Positions 48,139-59,045 of a stretch of 64,000 nucleotides of DNA are shown here, in pieces. The position numbers were made by a program, and so were the translations under genes. This DNA comes from Bacteroidales bacterium (GTDB taxonomy: Bacteria; Bacteroidota; Bacteroidia; Bacteroidales; GCA-2748055), in assembly GCA_038316435.1 (NCBI GenBank), contig JBBQAQ010000012.1:17718-81717 (forward strand), in the 5' to 3' direction. The stretch's first letter is position 1, and every line of letters begins with the position of its first letter. A model generated the notes under the pieces. The model had not been told where the DNA came from. It saw nothing but the letters and a program-made list of their open reading frames with translations, and made no database searches.

Positions 48139-49434
48139 TCAAATACTATTTCCATTTGATTTTGGATTGATCACCCTGTTTCCTATCATGCATTCCAAAC
48201 ACTTCTTTTGCTTGCAAAAACGTGTTGTAAGGTGAATAAGTGCCTGCGATTCAAAAGCATTTGTAGCTTTAACTCCATATTTCTCCCATTTTATTAGGAT
48301 TTCATTTTTTTCAGGGGACAAAGATTCGAGTATGCAGATAATTTTATCTTTCAGATCTTGTCTTCTGCGAAAGTTCCCATAATGAAAAACAACCGGGATA
48401 AAAGAATTCATAATTACCAGGTCTGAAGCCATTTTGCCCATTTTTAGTTTTCGTCTTTTCCCTGTCTTGCCGAATAGATAATGGGTCTCCCAGTAACTTT
48501 CCATTCCCGGTTCGGTAATTTTTCTCAATGATTTAAGATCTGTATGTTCAATGAGTTCAGCGAAAAGCGGATATTTCTGTACAATTATCGAAGCAAATTG
48601 GGCAATTCTCACAAGCGGAAAATTCCCCGGTCTGGCTCCCATAAACTTCCAGGTACTTTTATCCAGAACTCTTGGCGGCAAGGTCTTCACAAGGGAATGA
48701 TACTCCCGCTGAAGTGAAATATAATATTCATCTTCCGAAATCAAATCTTCAAGGAATCCAGCTTGGCCAAAAAGAATGGCGTTAATCGCAAGTGAATTCT
48801 GTCTGAATCTGAGCAAACTGTTTAAAGGTGTAGTCCTGACAAGTGTTTCAAAGGGAATTGAATTTATTTTGAAGCCAAAACTTTTTCCCATGAAATGATA
48901 AAGTGTTTCTTCCCAGTTATATTTATTTTCAGCAAGAATCTGATCCACTTCAAGAGTTTTTTCCCGAAGCCTTTCCATCATAAGTTTTGAAAGCCAGTCG
49001 CACCAGTATATTTTGTGGATATTGGCCAGTTGTTTATGACAAGGAATAGTATCTGCGGTTTTTATTAACTGATTAAATCTGCTGATAATTTCCTCATCAA
49101 ACTTCAGTACCAAGCATGGAATCTCTTCTCCACCAGGCCTCTCCAGCCGGCAGTCCTGCTCATAAACCACATGAAGAATTACGTTAAAAAATGCCGGATC
49201 GCTTTCATGATTATGCCGAAACCAATCGGATGCCTTTACATGAATTTCTACATTGCCCGCCCATTGTGTGTTCCCGATTTTTATCCTTGCATTAAAGAAG
49301 TCGGGGCCAGAAGCAAAATTGTGCTGACCTGTGTCAATTATCTCGACTTTCTCCCCATTAACAAGCAGCGAGTCTTCATAAAAAAGCCGGTTTTCCCAGA
49401 TGTAATGCAGTATATCTTCCTTTAAACTTGCCAT
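48139..49434 (-). CDS. DUF2851-family protein
   Basis: GPDFFNA, WAGNVEIH, W..HNH..D, VILHVV, RPGNFP, C-terminal CxxxxCxxC; typical position after pyrF. Confidence 0.85.
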   Translation of the reverse strand: MASLKEDILHYIWENRLFYEDSLLVNGEKVEIIDTGQHNFASGPDFFNARIKIGNTQWAGNVEIHVKASDWFRHNHESDPAFFNVILHVVYEQDCRLERPGGEEIPCLVLKFDEEIISRFNQLIKTADTIPCHKQLANIHKIYWCDWLSKLMMERLREKTLEVDQILAENKYNWEETLYHFMGKSFGFKINSIPFETLVRTTPLNSLLRFRQNSLAINAILFGQAGFLEDLISEDEYYISLQREYHSLVKTLPPRVLDKSTWKFMGARPGNFPLVRIAQFASIIVQKYPLFAELIEHTDLKSLRKITEPGMESYWETHYLFGKTGKRRKLKMGKMASDLVIMNSFIPVVFHYGNFRRRQDLKDKIICILESLSPEKNEILIKWEKYGVKATNAFESQALIHLTTRFCKQKKCLECMIGNRVINPKSNGNSI

Positions 49435-49525
49435 AGTGATACATTAAGAATTATTATCTTAATGCTCCCAAAAGGAAAAAATCAGCCTCAGGAATTGAAA
49501 ATTTGAAAAAATAATTTAGGTGGAA

Positions 49526-50359
49526 TCAGATCAATTTAGCTTTTGCTAAATACTTCGACATTTCTTTCTGAATTTCATGCGCAGCATCGCGGGCAGCCTC
49601 ATCAAAATGAGAAGTAATATCAGCGTAAATTATGCTACGACTGGCGTTTACAAGCAATCCGCATTGTGAATTCAGGCCGGCTTCACTTACTTCCTGAAGA
49701 CTTCCACCCTGCGCTCCTACACCAGGAATCAGAAGGAAATGCTTTGGTACTATTTTACGGACTTTCAAGAGCCAATCGGCTTTTGTAGCACCTATAACAT
49801 ACATCATATTATCAATGTTTCCCCAGTTTTTCGATGTATTCAGCACCCTTTCAAAAAGATATTCGTCAGTGCTGGCAAGCTTTTGCAATTGAAAATCTTC
49901 TGCTCCATCGTTTGATGTTAAGGCAAGAAGAATTACCCATTTATCGGGATAATTGAGGAAAGGTTTTACGCTGTCGACCCCCATATATGGCGCAACTGTG
50001 ACTGCATCGAAATCGAAATTCCGAAAAAAAGCAGAAGCGTACATTTTTGATGTATTGCCTATGTCGCCTCGCTTTGCATCAGCAATGATAAACATTTCGG
50101 GGAAATGGCTACGAATGTAATTAACGGTCATTTCAAGGCTTATCTGTCCTGCGGCACCAAGACTCTCGTAAAAAGCGAGGTTTGGCTTATAAGCCACGGC
50201 CAGATCTGCGGTTGCTTTAATAATCCTTTTGTTAAACTCAAACACAGGATAATCGCTATCCAGCAGAATTTTCGGAATCTTATCGTAGTCAGTATCCAGT
50301 CCTACGCATAGATAACTCTGCTTTTCTCTGATTTGCTTGAATAACTGACTTGAATTCAT
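49526..50359 (-). CDS. pyrF: Orotidine-5'-phosphate decarboxylase
   Basis: [44 protein letters not shown]. Confidence 0.96.
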   Translation of the reverse strand: MNSSQLFKQIREKQSYLCVGLDTDYDKIPKILLDSDYPVFEFNKRIIKATADLAVAYKPNLAFYESLGAAGQISLEMTVNYIRSHFPEMFIIADAKRGDIGNTSKMYASAFFRNFDFDAVTVAPYMGVDSVKPFLNYPDKWVILLALTSNDGAEDFQLQKLASTDEYLFERVLNTSKNWGNIDNMMYVIGATKADWLLKVRKIVPKHFLLIPGVGAQGGSLQEVSEAGLNSQCGLLVNASRSIIYADITSHFDEAARDAAHEIQKEMSKYLAKAKLI

Positions 50360-50399
50360 AAGGTGATGGGTTTGTTTGTATAATATTCAAAACTATACC

Positions 50400-51485
50400 T
50401 CAAATACCGCTCTCTTTAAGCCTTTCCGTGTTCTCAGCCATTTGAAGCTGCGAGATCATTTCCTGAATATCTCCGTTCAATACTGCCTGAAGGTTGTACA
50501 TTGTATAGTTAATTCGATGATCTGTAATTCTTCCCTGTGGGTAATTGTACGTCCGGATTTTTGCCGATCTGTCACCCGAAGAAACCATAGTTTTTCGTTT
50601 TAAAGCAATGGCATCCATCCTTTTCTGATATTCGAGATTGTACAACCTGGTTCTCAGCTCTTTCATTGCTTTTTCAAGGTTTTTAATCTGGGATTTTTCA
50701 TCCTGGCAAGTTACCACGAGTCCTGAAGGGATATGTGTAAGCCGGATTGCTGAATAGGTTGTATTTACTGACTGTCCGCCAGGACCTGATGAGCAATAGG
50801 TGTCTTTTCTGATATCTTCAGTCTTGAGTTGCACATCGAATTCATCTGCTTCAGGAAGAACCGCAACGGTAGCTGCTGAAGTATGAACCCTTCCCTGAGT
50901 TTCTGTTTGGGGAACGCGTTGTACGCGGTGAACACCAGACTCGTACTTCATTATACCATATACTCCGGCTCCTGTAACATCTATAATTACTTCCTTATAG
51001 CCACCCACTGTGCCTTCGGTTGCTGTTGTGATGTCGTATTTCCAACCTTTAATGTCAAAAAACTTGGTGTACATACGATAAAGATCTCCCGCAAAAATAC
51101 TTGCTTCGTCGCCGCCTGTTCCTCCACGAATCTCAAGTACAGCATTTTTTTCATCTTCCGGATCACTTGGGATAAGAAGAAATTTTATCTTTTCTTCGAG
51201 TGGTTCAATTTTTGGCACCAGAGTTTCCAATTCCTCTTTTGCCATTTCCCTCATTTCCTCATCCTTCTCATTGTTAAGGATATCTTGAGCAGAGATTATA
51301 TTTTCAGTAATATTCTTATGCTCATGATAAGCTTCCATAATGGGTTCCAGCTGTTTATACTCTTTATTTAGCTGGATATATTTTTTCATATCCGAAACGA
51401 TATTCGGATTGGTGATTAACTCGCTGACTTCATGAAAACGATTCTTAACACCCTGCAGTTTTTCTAAAAATAAATTATTGCTCAT
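50400..51485 (-). CDS. prfA: Peptide chain release factor 1
   Basis: GGQ motif, PQT specificity motif (RVPQTE), [10 protein letters not shown]. Confidence 0.97.
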   Translation of the reverse strand: MSNNLFLEKLQGVKNRFHEVSELITNPNIVSDMKKYIQLNKEYKQLEPIMEAYHEHKNITENIISAQDILNNEKDEEMREMAKEELETLVPKIEPLEEKIKFLLIPSDPEDEKNAVLEIRGGTGGDEASIFAGDLYRMYTKFFDIKGWKYDITTATEGTVGGYKEVIIDVTGAGVYGIMKYESGVHRVQRVPQTETQGRVHTSAATVAVLPEADEFDVQLKTEDIRKDTYCSSGPGGQSVNTTYSAIRLTHIPSGLVVTCQDEKSQIKNLEKAMKELRTRLYNLEYQKRMDAIALKRKTMVSSGDRSAKIRTYNYPQGRITDHRINYTMYNLQAVLNGDIQEMISQLQMAENTERLKESGI

Positions 51486-51555
51486 AAAAGTTATGATTTA
51501 AGCTCTGTAAAAATACAAAAAATAATAGGATTGACTGGTGAGAACAAAACAGTAG

Positions 51556-52722
51556 CTAATACTCGAAACTATCTTCCCCTGTTAAAATAGTAAGCTTTTT
51601 CCCGTTGAATGCTTCACAGCGTCCAATTATCTTAGCCTCGATATTGAAAGATTTGGCTGTCCTGATGACCAGTTCAGCCCTGGAAGCCGGAACATAGAAT
51701 TCCATCCGATGGCCCATATTAAAAACCTGCAGCATCTCTCGTAAAGGGGTGCCACTTTGATTTTGAATAAGTTTGAAAAGCGGAGGTGCTTCGAAAAGAT
51801 TATCTTTTATAATGTGGATGTTTTCAGCAAAATGCAACACTTTAGTCTGACCACCGCCTGAACAGTGAATCATTGCGTGAATATCAGGCCGGATCTCATC
51901 CAGAAGCTTTTTCACTACCGGGGCGTAGGTTCTGGTTGGAGATAAAACCAGTTTTCCTGCTGTGCAATTTGTTCCGGGAACTATATCTGTAAGGCCAGTA
52001 TTGCCTGAATAAACGAGATTTAGTGGGATTTCATTATCGTAACTTTCGGGATATTTCACTCTGAGATAAGCTGAGAAAACATCATGCCGGGCAGAAGTAA
52101 GCCCATTGCTTCCCATTCCCCCGTTATACTCGCTTTCGTAGGTAGTTTGCCCAAAAGATGCAAGTCCTACGATAACATCACCATCCTGTATCTTGTTTTC
52201 AATAACATCAGAGCGTTTCAACCTGCATGTAACTGTAGAATCAACAATAATGGTACGAACAAGGTCGCCTACATCAGCCGTTTCCCCGCCTGTGGAAATG
52301 ATGTTTATTCCTGAATCCCTTAAAATACTCAGGAACTCTTCGGTACCGTTGATTATGGCTGAAATTACTTCGCCTGGGATTTTGTTTTTATTTCTGCCGA
52401 TTGTTGATGAAAGGAGGATGTTATCAACTGCTCCGACACAAAGGAGATCGTCAAGGTTCATCACAATTGCATCCTGAGCAATTCCTTTCCAGACCGACAT
52501 ATCGCCTGTTTCTTTCCAGTATACGTAGGCGAGGGAGGATTTTGTGCCGGCGCCATCGGCATGCATAATTGTGCAAAAATCGGGGTCGCCTGCCAGAATA
52601 TCCGGAATTACCTTGCAAAACGCATTGGGAAACAAGCCTTTGCTTATGTTCCGGATTGCATTATGAACATCCTCTTTCTGAGAGGATACGCCACGTTGAC
52701 TATATTTTGATGATTCTGGCAC
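51556..52722 (-). CDS. purM: Phosphoribosylformylglycinamidine cyclo-ligase (Bacteroidota PurM type)
   Basis: YSQRGVSSQKEDVH, HADGAGTKS, GGETADVGD, GSNGLTSARH, HCSGGG, VFNMG; GTG 52722 supported by TACCTTTG at 52740-52747. Confidence 0.9.
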   Translation of the reverse strand: MPESSKYSQRGVSSQKEDVHNAIRNISKGLFPNAFCKVIPDILAGDPDFCTIMHADGAGTKSSLAYVYWKETGDMSVWKGIAQDAIVMNLDDLLCVGAVDNILLSSTIGRNKNKIPGEVISAIINGTEEFLSILRDSGINIISTGGETADVGDLVRTIIVDSTVTCRLKRSDVIENKIQDGDVIVGLASFGQTTYESEYNGGMGSNGLTSARHDVFSAYLRVKYPESYDNEIPLNLVYSGNTGLTDIVPGTNCTAGKLVLSPTRTYAPVVKKLLDEIRPDIHAMIHCSGGGQTKVLHFAENIHIIKDNLFEAPPLFKLIQNQSGTPLREMLQVFNMGHRMEFYVPASRAELVIRTAKSFNIEAKIIGRCEAFNGKKLTILTGEDSFEY

Positions 52723-52777
52723 TCTAATTTTTTGCGGAACAAAGGTAGTTATTTTTTTTAGAGGGAAGTCACCTTGA

Positions 52778-52831
52778 CTCCGCTCGGTGCACTTTTGGCT
52801 TCCTCGGTGCACTTTTGGCTTCGCTCGGTGC
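52778..52831. repeat. Short tandem repeat, about 2.5 copies of a 20-21-bp unit
   Basis: CTCCGCTCGGTGCACTTTTGG / CTTCCTCGGTGCACTTTTGG / CTTCGCTCGGTGC. Confidence 0.85.
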
Positions 52832-52995
52832 GCTAAGGATTCGTTTGGAGAAAGATGAAAAACGTATTCGTAAGTTATGTTACAATATTTTATAAATTTA
52901 TGCAGACTTTCGGCTTCATAAATTCGTAATCAGGTTTTTATTGGAAAAATAGATGTAGCCGGAGATTATATTATTTACCCGCAAATTACCAAACT

Positions 52996-54267
52996 ATGAA
53001 CAGCACCCGGTTTCATAAGAATTGTTTTTCTATAATCTTGGGGATAATGATGTTTCCTTTGGCATTTTTAGCAAATTCAACTCCACTTCCTCCCGATACA
53101 AGTTTTGTTGAATTAAGGGGGAATGTGAAAGATAAAGATACAAAGGATGCCATTATTTTTGCAAGTGTTTACATAGTTGGAACAAGTATTGGCACTATTT
53201 CCAATGCCGACGGGCAATTCATTATCAAAATACCAACCAGTAGAATCAACTCAAAAATAGGTGTTTCTTGTCTGGGATATAAAAATATTGAAATCCCAAT
53301 ACCGGATATGCAGAAGATGCATAACGAAATCCAGCTTGAACTGGCAAGGTATTATATTCGTGAGCTTACCATTCGAAAGGTTGATCCAATCCAGCTAATA
53401 AGAGATGCCCGAAATAAAATAAGTCAGAACTATGGCGATTCGCCGGCTATGCTCACTGCTTTTTACAGGGAAACAATTAAACAAAACCGTAATTATGTTG
53501 CCATTTCAGAGGCCGTTTTTGATGTGTACAAAGCTCCCTACAGCAGATATATTGACAATGACAGGGTTAAAATCTTCAAAGGCAGAAAGAGTCAGGATGT
53601 AGAGAAAATGGACACGATATTGTTTCGTTTACAAGGAGGACCATACTATCTCTTTATGCTGGATGTTATAAAAAATCCTGAAGAGCTTATCAGTGAAGAA
53701 AATTTCAATGTTTACGACTTTTTTTATAATGGTCTTGAAACAGTTGAAGACCGGGATGCCTATATAATTGGCTTTGACCAGAAAAAAGGAATCAGCATGC
53801 CACTTTACAAGGGAAAGTTGTACATCGATGTTAATACACTTGCTATTTCGGGGATAGAATTTCAACTAAGCCCAACCGGACTTGAATTTGCGCCGGATGT
53901 GATGATAAAAAAGAAACCAATGGGTATGAAAATCGATATACCTGGAGCATATTATATTGTAAAATATCGCATCATCAATGACCGCTGGTTTTTGAGCTAT
54001 GCCAGAACTGAAGCTCGTTTCCGGTGTAAATGGAATCGTAACTTATTCCGTTCTACTTATACCACTGTTTCTGAGATGGCAATTACCGATATTGATACTG
54101 ATAATATAGTAAAATACAAAATCAAAGATACTGCCAGAGCTACCGATGTGTTTTCTGAACAGGTTAAGGATTTTGAAGATCCCGAATTCTGGGGAGAGTA
54201 CAACATTATCAGACCGGAAGAATCGATCGAAGATGCTACACATAAGCTCACCAGAAAACTCAAATAA
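52996..54267 (+). CDS. Exported protein with carboxypeptidase-like regulatory (CarboxypepD_reg) domain
   Basis: Signal peptide; GNVKDKDTKDAIIFASV...GTISNADGQF...SCLGY; AFYRETIK; FWGEYNII. Confidence 0.8.
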   Translation: MNSTRFHKNCFSIILGIMMFPLAFLANSTPLPPDTSFVELRGNVKDKDTKDAIIFASVYIVGTSIGTISNADGQFIIKIPTSRINSKIGVSCLGYKNIEIPIPDMQKMHNEIQLELARYYIRELTIRKVDPIQLIRDARNKISQNYGDSPAMLTAFYRETIKQNRNYVAISEAVFDVYKAPYSRYIDNDRVKIFKGRKSQDVEKMDTILFRLQGGPYYLFMLDVIKNPEELISEENFNVYDFFYNGLETVEDRDAYIIGFDQKKGISMPLYKGKLYIDVNTLAISGIEFQLSPTGLEFAPDVMIKKKPMGMKIDIPGAYYIVKYRIINDRWFLSYARTEARFRCKWNRNLFRSTYTTVSEMAITDIDTDNIVKYKIKDTARATDVFSEQVKDFEDPEFWGEYNIIRPEESIEDATHKLTRKLK

Positions 54268-54279
54268 GAATAAACAAGC

Positions 54280-56271
54280 TTACTTTTTGGGTATATAATC
54301 GGTTGAGAGTACCCGGAATTCAGTTCTGCGGTTTACCTGATGAGCTATTTCCTGCTCATTTCCTGTTATTGGTAAGGTATTAATGAACTCTTCAGATAAA
54401 ACCTGACCTACAATTAGGAATTTATTTTCAGTAGCAACTTTTTCATCCACAACTTTTGGAACTGACTCCCCATAACCCTTAGCCTGAAGGCGATCTGCCG
54501 CTACACTTTTAGATATCAGATAATCCACAACAGACTGAGCTCTGCGCTGCGACAGAAGCTCATTGTCCTGCGTTGAACCCCTGGAGTCGGTGTGCGACAT
54601 TAATTCTATAGTAATATTCGGGTTATCAGCCAGCGTTTCAATAAGTTTATCAAGAGCAACCATTGATTCGGGTCTCAGATCCCATTTTCCGAAATCGTAA
54701 TAAATGTTCGGAAGTTCTATGACCTGGTCAACTGATGAAAGGTAAATTGCGGTTCTGAAGTCCTTGCTTTTTTCCAAACCCTTAGTTGTTTCACGTTCTT
54801 TTCCATTGAGGTATCCCTTTTTGGATGCGATAAAAACATAGTCGGTATTTGGTTTCAGCATAAAGCGGAAGTACCCTTCCTCATTGGTAGCAGCTTCTAC
54901 AGTTATCCCATCACTTCCAATAGATTTAATGGTGGTTTCCTTAAGTGCTTTGTCTGTCTTTTCATCTCGAACAACACCGGTAATATTAAACTTAAGCGGG
55001 GGGAGATAAAATGAATAAATCTCATCATTTCCCTTTCCTTTTCGGGAACTGGAATAAAATCCACGCTCCACATCTTTTTCAAAAGTAATACCAAAATCGT
55101 CCTGAGATGAGTTTACCGGAGGCCTCATATTATCAACAATCCAGCGACCGTTTTCACCCAATGTAGCTTTGTAAATATCCAATCCCCCGATGCCAATATG
55201 ACTATCAGAGCTGAAGTACAGTGAACCATCCGTGTGAGAATAGGGAAACATTTCATCTCCGGGAGTATTGATATCTTCGCCCATGTTTTCAGGTGCAGAC
55301 CATTCAGAACCCTCATTTTCGCGTGTAACTTTCCAAATATCCTTACCACCGTATCCACCAGGTAAGTTGGAAACAAAGTAAAGAATTAGGTTGTCAGCAG
55401 AGATTGCCGGATGTGCAACTACAACGCTATCTTCCGAAATTTTAATTTTTTCCGGTTTTGCCCATTCGCCACCGCTTCTCCGCGAATAAAAAATGAAGCA
55501 TCCCAGTTGTTCTTTTTTGCCTCTCGGGCAACGAGTAAAATACATAGTTGTAAAATCAGCAGAAACGTTTGGAGTTCCGTCATCAGCTTCTGAATTGAAT
55601 TCTTCGCTTACGGGTACGGGAGTACTCCACTTACCTTTTCTGTCCATGTTGGATACGAAGATATCACTGAAACTCTCACCCGAAGCGCCAGAAGTCTCTT
55701 TACCAGTAGCATCCTCACGGGTAGAAGTAAAATAAACTGAACTGAAATCTTCCTGACCATAGCTTGGACTAAAGTCCCTTTCACTTGAATTGAAATATCG
55801 CATCTCTTCGATTTCATATCCTGTAGGATTTTCAATCCATTCAACGGCCACCTGACATGACCTGATACCGTTTTCACCGCGGGGATCGTCGGGAACAAGT
55901 TCTTTATAACGCTTAAATTGCTCTGCTGCTTCCTGATAGTTCTCGCTCATCATAAGCATCTCTCCATAATGAAGGTAAATAAGTGGATCCTGGAAATTCT
56001 TTGCAATTGCTTTCTTATACCATAATTCTGCTTTTCTGGTGTCGCGAACAATACGGTAGCACTCGGCAATTTTGTAAATCACCTCGTTCTGTTTGTTCTT
56101 ATCCTTTATTTTATTGAAGGCAGTTTTATACAAATCTGCTGCTTTATAATACTCACCTGCATTAAAAGCCATATTTGCCTTATGATCTTTATCCTTCTTA
56201 TTCTGAGCCTGAACCGACCCAAAGAAGCTGAATTGCGCAAGTATAATCAGGATAACATATATCTGCCTCAT
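54280..56271 (-). CDS. OmpA-family protein with TPR and PD40 repeats (PorE-like architecture)
   Basis: TPR N-terminus, PD40 repeats (LYFVSNLPGGYGGKDIW), OmpA C-terminus SHTDSRG...LSQRRA...NRRTEF. Confidence 0.9.
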   Translation of the reverse strand: MRQIYVILIILAQFSFFGSVQAQNKKDKDHKANMAFNAGEYYKAADLYKTAFNKIKDKNKQNEVIYKIAECYRIVRDTRKAELWYKKAIAKNFQDPLIYLHYGEMLMMSENYQEAAEQFKRYKELVPDDPRGENGIRSCQVAVEWIENPTGYEIEEMRYFNSSERDFSPSYGQEDFSSVYFTSTREDATGKETSGASGESFSDIFVSNMDRKGKWSTPVPVSEEFNSEADDGTPNVSADFTTMYFTRCPRGKKEQLGCFIFYSRRSGGEWAKPEKIKISEDSVVVAHPAISADNLILYFVSNLPGGYGGKDIWKVTRENEGSEWSAPENMGEDINTPGDEMFPYSHTDGSLYFSSDSHIGIGGLDIYKATLGENGRWIVDNMRPPVNSSQDDFGITFEKDVERGFYSSSRKGKGNDEIYSFYLPPLKFNITGVVRDEKTDKALKETTIKSIGSDGITVEAATNEEGYFRFMLKPNTDYVFIASKKGYLNGKERETTKGLEKSKDFRTAIYLSSVDQVIELPNIYYDFGKWDLRPESMVALDKLIETLADNPNITIELMSHTDSRGSTQDNELLSQRRAQSVVDYLISKSVAADRLQAKGYGESVPKVVDEKVATENKFLIVGQVLSEEFINTLPITGNEQEIAHQVNRRTEFRVLSTDYIPKK

Positions 56272-56379
56272 ACGATATTGTCTTTGTTAAAGGGTAAAAT
56301 TAATGGAATTTTACTAATAACGGAATAGTGTGGGGAATATTTCATGTTTGGGAGTTGGATGACGTATTGATGAGGTGAC

Positions 56380-56411
56380 AAAAAAAAGGCCATTCTTGCG
56401 AACGGCCTTTT
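56380..56411 (-). terminator. GSIII terminator
   Basis: AAAAGGCCaTTC-ttgc-GAAcGGCCTTTT with T8 on the minus strand. Confidence 0.8.
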
Positions 56412-56430
56412 ACATTTGATTATGAACAAA

Positions 56431-58620
56431 CTATCTGGTAAAGAGTAATTCTCTGTATTTTGGAAGTGGCCACATTTCGTTATCAACGATAAGTTCAAGC
56501 TTGTCGATATGGTAACGAATATCAGCAAGGAAAGGTTTAATTTTCTTTGAATATTCATCAGCCCTTTTGCGTGATTCTTCAATCTTATTAGCAACTTTTC
56601 TGGCTTCCACCATTTCCTTAACTTGTGCCTTCACATAGGAAACGTGCTCAGAAATTTCGCGGATAAGTTCCAGACGTGCACCAGCAAGTTCTTTGTATTC
56701 GGCAGCTGGGAATACTTCTTTCAGGCCTTTTACATTTTCAATAAGGCTTGTCTGGTATTTGATTGCGATTGGAACAATGTGGTTCTGAACAAGGTCGCCA
56801 AGTACTCTGGATTCAATCTGGAGTTTTTTCATGAACATTTCGTATTTAACTTCAGTGCGGGCATGAAGCTCAACATCTGAAAGTACGTTCATGCGTTTAA
56901 ACAAGTCGATCGATTTCTTACTTACATAAGCATCCAAAGCTTCAGGAACGTCGTTGATATTGGTCAGACCTCTTTTCTTAGCTTCTTTCACCCACTCTTC
57001 GCTGTAGTTGTTACCATCGAAACGAACCGCTTTGCATTCAATAATATATTTGCGAAGAACTTGGAAAATTGCCTCATCTTTCTTAACACCCTTTGCGATA
57101 ATTGCATCAACTTCTTTTTTGAATACTATCAGCTGATCAGCAACTGCGGTGTTTACAACAGTCATAGGTGCTGCGCAGTTTGCAGATGAACCGACTGCAC
57201 GGAATTCGAAACGGTTTCCTGTGAAAGCGAACGGAGATGTGCGGTTTCTATCGGTATTATCAAGAAGGATTTCAGGAATTTTACCAATATTAAGTTTCAG
57301 TTCGGTTTTTTCGTCAGGTGTCATTTTTCTTGAAGATACCTTCTCTTCAATTTCGTTAAACATCTCTGTAAGACGGGTTCCTAGGAAAACTGAAATGATT
57401 GCAGGAGGTGCCTCATTGGCTCCAAGTCTGTGGCTATTCGATTCAGAAACAATACTTGCTCTCAATAAATCTGAGTTTTTGTAAACTGCCATAACAACGT
57501 TTACAAGGAAAGTAAGGAACTGAAGGTTTGTCCTTGGAGTTTTTCCGGGGGATAATAGGTTCACTCCGGTATTTGTAGCAAGTGACCAGTTATTATGTTT
57601 ACCTGATCCATTAATTCCTGCAAATGGTTTTTCATGGAAAAGAATACGGAAATTATGTTTTCCTGCAAGTTTTGTTGCAAGGTCCATCATGAGAAGGTTA
57701 TGGTCAACAGCCAGATTAGCCTCTTCATGTATTGGAGCAGCCTCGAACTGGTTAGGCGCAACCTCATTGTGACGGGTTTTTAGAGGGATTCCTAATTTAT
57801 AGGCTTCGATCTCAAGTTCGTACATAAAACCTTTTACACGTTCGGGAATTGATCCGAAATACTGGTCTTCTAACTGCTGATCCTTTGCAGAAGCATGACC
57901 CATAAGAGTTCTGCCTGTCATGGCAAGATCAGGTCGAGCATTGAAAAGTGCCTCATCAATCAGAAAATATTCCTGCTCAATACCAAGGTTAGAAATACAT
58001 TTGGTTACATCTTTATCAAAATACTGACACACATCGGTTGCAGCTTTATCAACAGCTGTAAGTGCTTTCAGAAGAGGAGTTTTATAATCCAGTGCTTCAC
58101 CGGTATAGGAAACAAAAATTGTAGGAATTACTAAAGTATTTCCAATTGTGAATGCAGGTGAAGAAGGATCCCATGCGGTATATCCTCTGGCCTCAAAAGT
58201 GTTTCTTAATCCACCGCTAGGGAAAGATGAAGCATCAGGTTCCTGCTGAGCAAGGAGTTTTCCTGAAAAATTTTCAACTACTCCACCATAAGGGCCATGT
58301 TCAATAAAAGCATCGTGCTTTTCAGCAGTGCCATCGGTAAGTGGGTGAAACCAGTGTGTGTAATGGGTTACACCTTTTTCTACTGCCCATGCTTTCATTC
58401 CTGAAGCAACAGAATCGGCAACTTTACGATCAATCTTCGTTCCTTTGTCGATTGCTTCAACAACTTTATCATAAGCCTCTTTCGACAAATACTTGCGCAT
58501 TTTGTCGTAATCAAACACATTACAACCGTAGTAATCAGAAACTTTTGCTGTAGGAGGTACAGCAAAGTGAGGTTTTCTTGTTGAAACCTCCTTCAGAGCC
58601 TGAAATCTAATGTATGCCAT
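56431..58620 (-). CDS. glnA: Glutamine synthetase type III
   Basis: THYTHWFHPLT, EPDASSFPSGG, HNEVAPNQFE, HEKPFAGINGSGKHNNWS, RNRTSPFAFTGNRFEFR; 729 aa. Confidence 0.96.
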   Translation of the reverse strand: MAYIRFQALKEVSTRKPHFAVPPTAKVSDYYGCNVFDYDKMRKYLSKEAYDKVVEAIDKGTKIDRKVADSVASGMKAWAVEKGVTHYTHWFHPLTDGTAEKHDAFIEHGPYGGVVENFSGKLLAQQEPDASSFPSGGLRNTFEARGYTAWDPSSPAFTIGNTLVIPTIFVSYTGEALDYKTPLLKALTAVDKAATDVCQYFDKDVTKCISNLGIEQEYFLIDEALFNARPDLAMTGRTLMGHASAKDQQLEDQYFGSIPERVKGFMYELEIEAYKLGIPLKTRHNEVAPNQFEAAPIHEEANLAVDHNLLMMDLATKLAGKHNFRILFHEKPFAGINGSGKHNNWSLATNTGVNLLSPGKTPRTNLQFLTFLVNVVMAVYKNSDLLRASIVSESNSHRLGANEAPPAIISVFLGTRLTEMFNEIEEKVSSRKMTPDEKTELKLNIGKIPEILLDNTDRNRTSPFAFTGNRFEFRAVGSSANCAAPMTVVNTAVADQLIVFKKEVDAIIAKGVKKDEAIFQVLRKYIIECKAVRFDGNNYSEEWVKEAKKRGLTNINDVPEALDAYVSKKSIDLFKRMNVLSDVELHARTEVKYEMFMKKLQIESRVLGDLVQNHIVPIAIKYQTSLIENVKGLKEVFPAAEYKELAGARLELIREISEHVSYVKAQVKEMVEARKVANKIEESRKRADEYSKKIKPFLADIRYHIDKLELIVDNEMWPLPKYRELLFTR

Positions 58621-58660
58621 TTCAAAATAAATTAAGGGTTAAAAAATCAGTATGAGACTG

Positions 58661-58751
58661 CAAATATATAAATGTTTTTATTTACACCCTCAGTTTTTTT
58701 ACTAATTTTTTAATTTTTATGCACTTTTTTTATTAACACCCCCTATTTTTT
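58661..58751 (-). promoter_or_regulatory. GSIII promoter (-7 TATATTTG at 58661-58668) with two upstream direct repeats
   Basis: AAAAAActGaGGGTGT (58684-58699) and AAAAAAtaGgGGGTGT (58736-58751), 13/16 identical, 52 bp apart. Confidence 0.5.
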
Positions 58752-59045
58752 GATGTGTTTTTATAGAATGATAGACTTTAGTAATATTCGAAATGCTCAT
58801 AGGGAGCAGATTGTGAGAAAATTACAAAATATTCAGAGTGTGGGATAAAAAAGCATGGCCAAAGGAAATAATTTCGTTAATTTTGGGAAAAATGTGGAAA
58901 TTGGGATGATTATTTTGAATAATATCAATTTCTAAAGAATAAATGGTTCAAATTCGACCAATTTTAAAAAATGCTTTGAGAACAAATCTACTTTGTCACA
59001 AGAACATGAAATAAAAATTGATGAACGGTATTTCCTGTAAACAGT

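Noticed and set aside
47906..48235. 109-aa ORF upstream of the aminomutase as a cluster member
   Set aside because: Opposite strand, TTG start, overlaps the DUF2851 3' end, no motifs
52778..52831. Possible mini CRISPR array
   Set aside because: Units are directly abutting with no unique spacers, only ~2.5 copies, and no cas genes
56268..56594. 108-aa ORF bridging GSIII and the OmpA gene
   Set aside because: Overlaps GSIII out of frame and crosses its terminator
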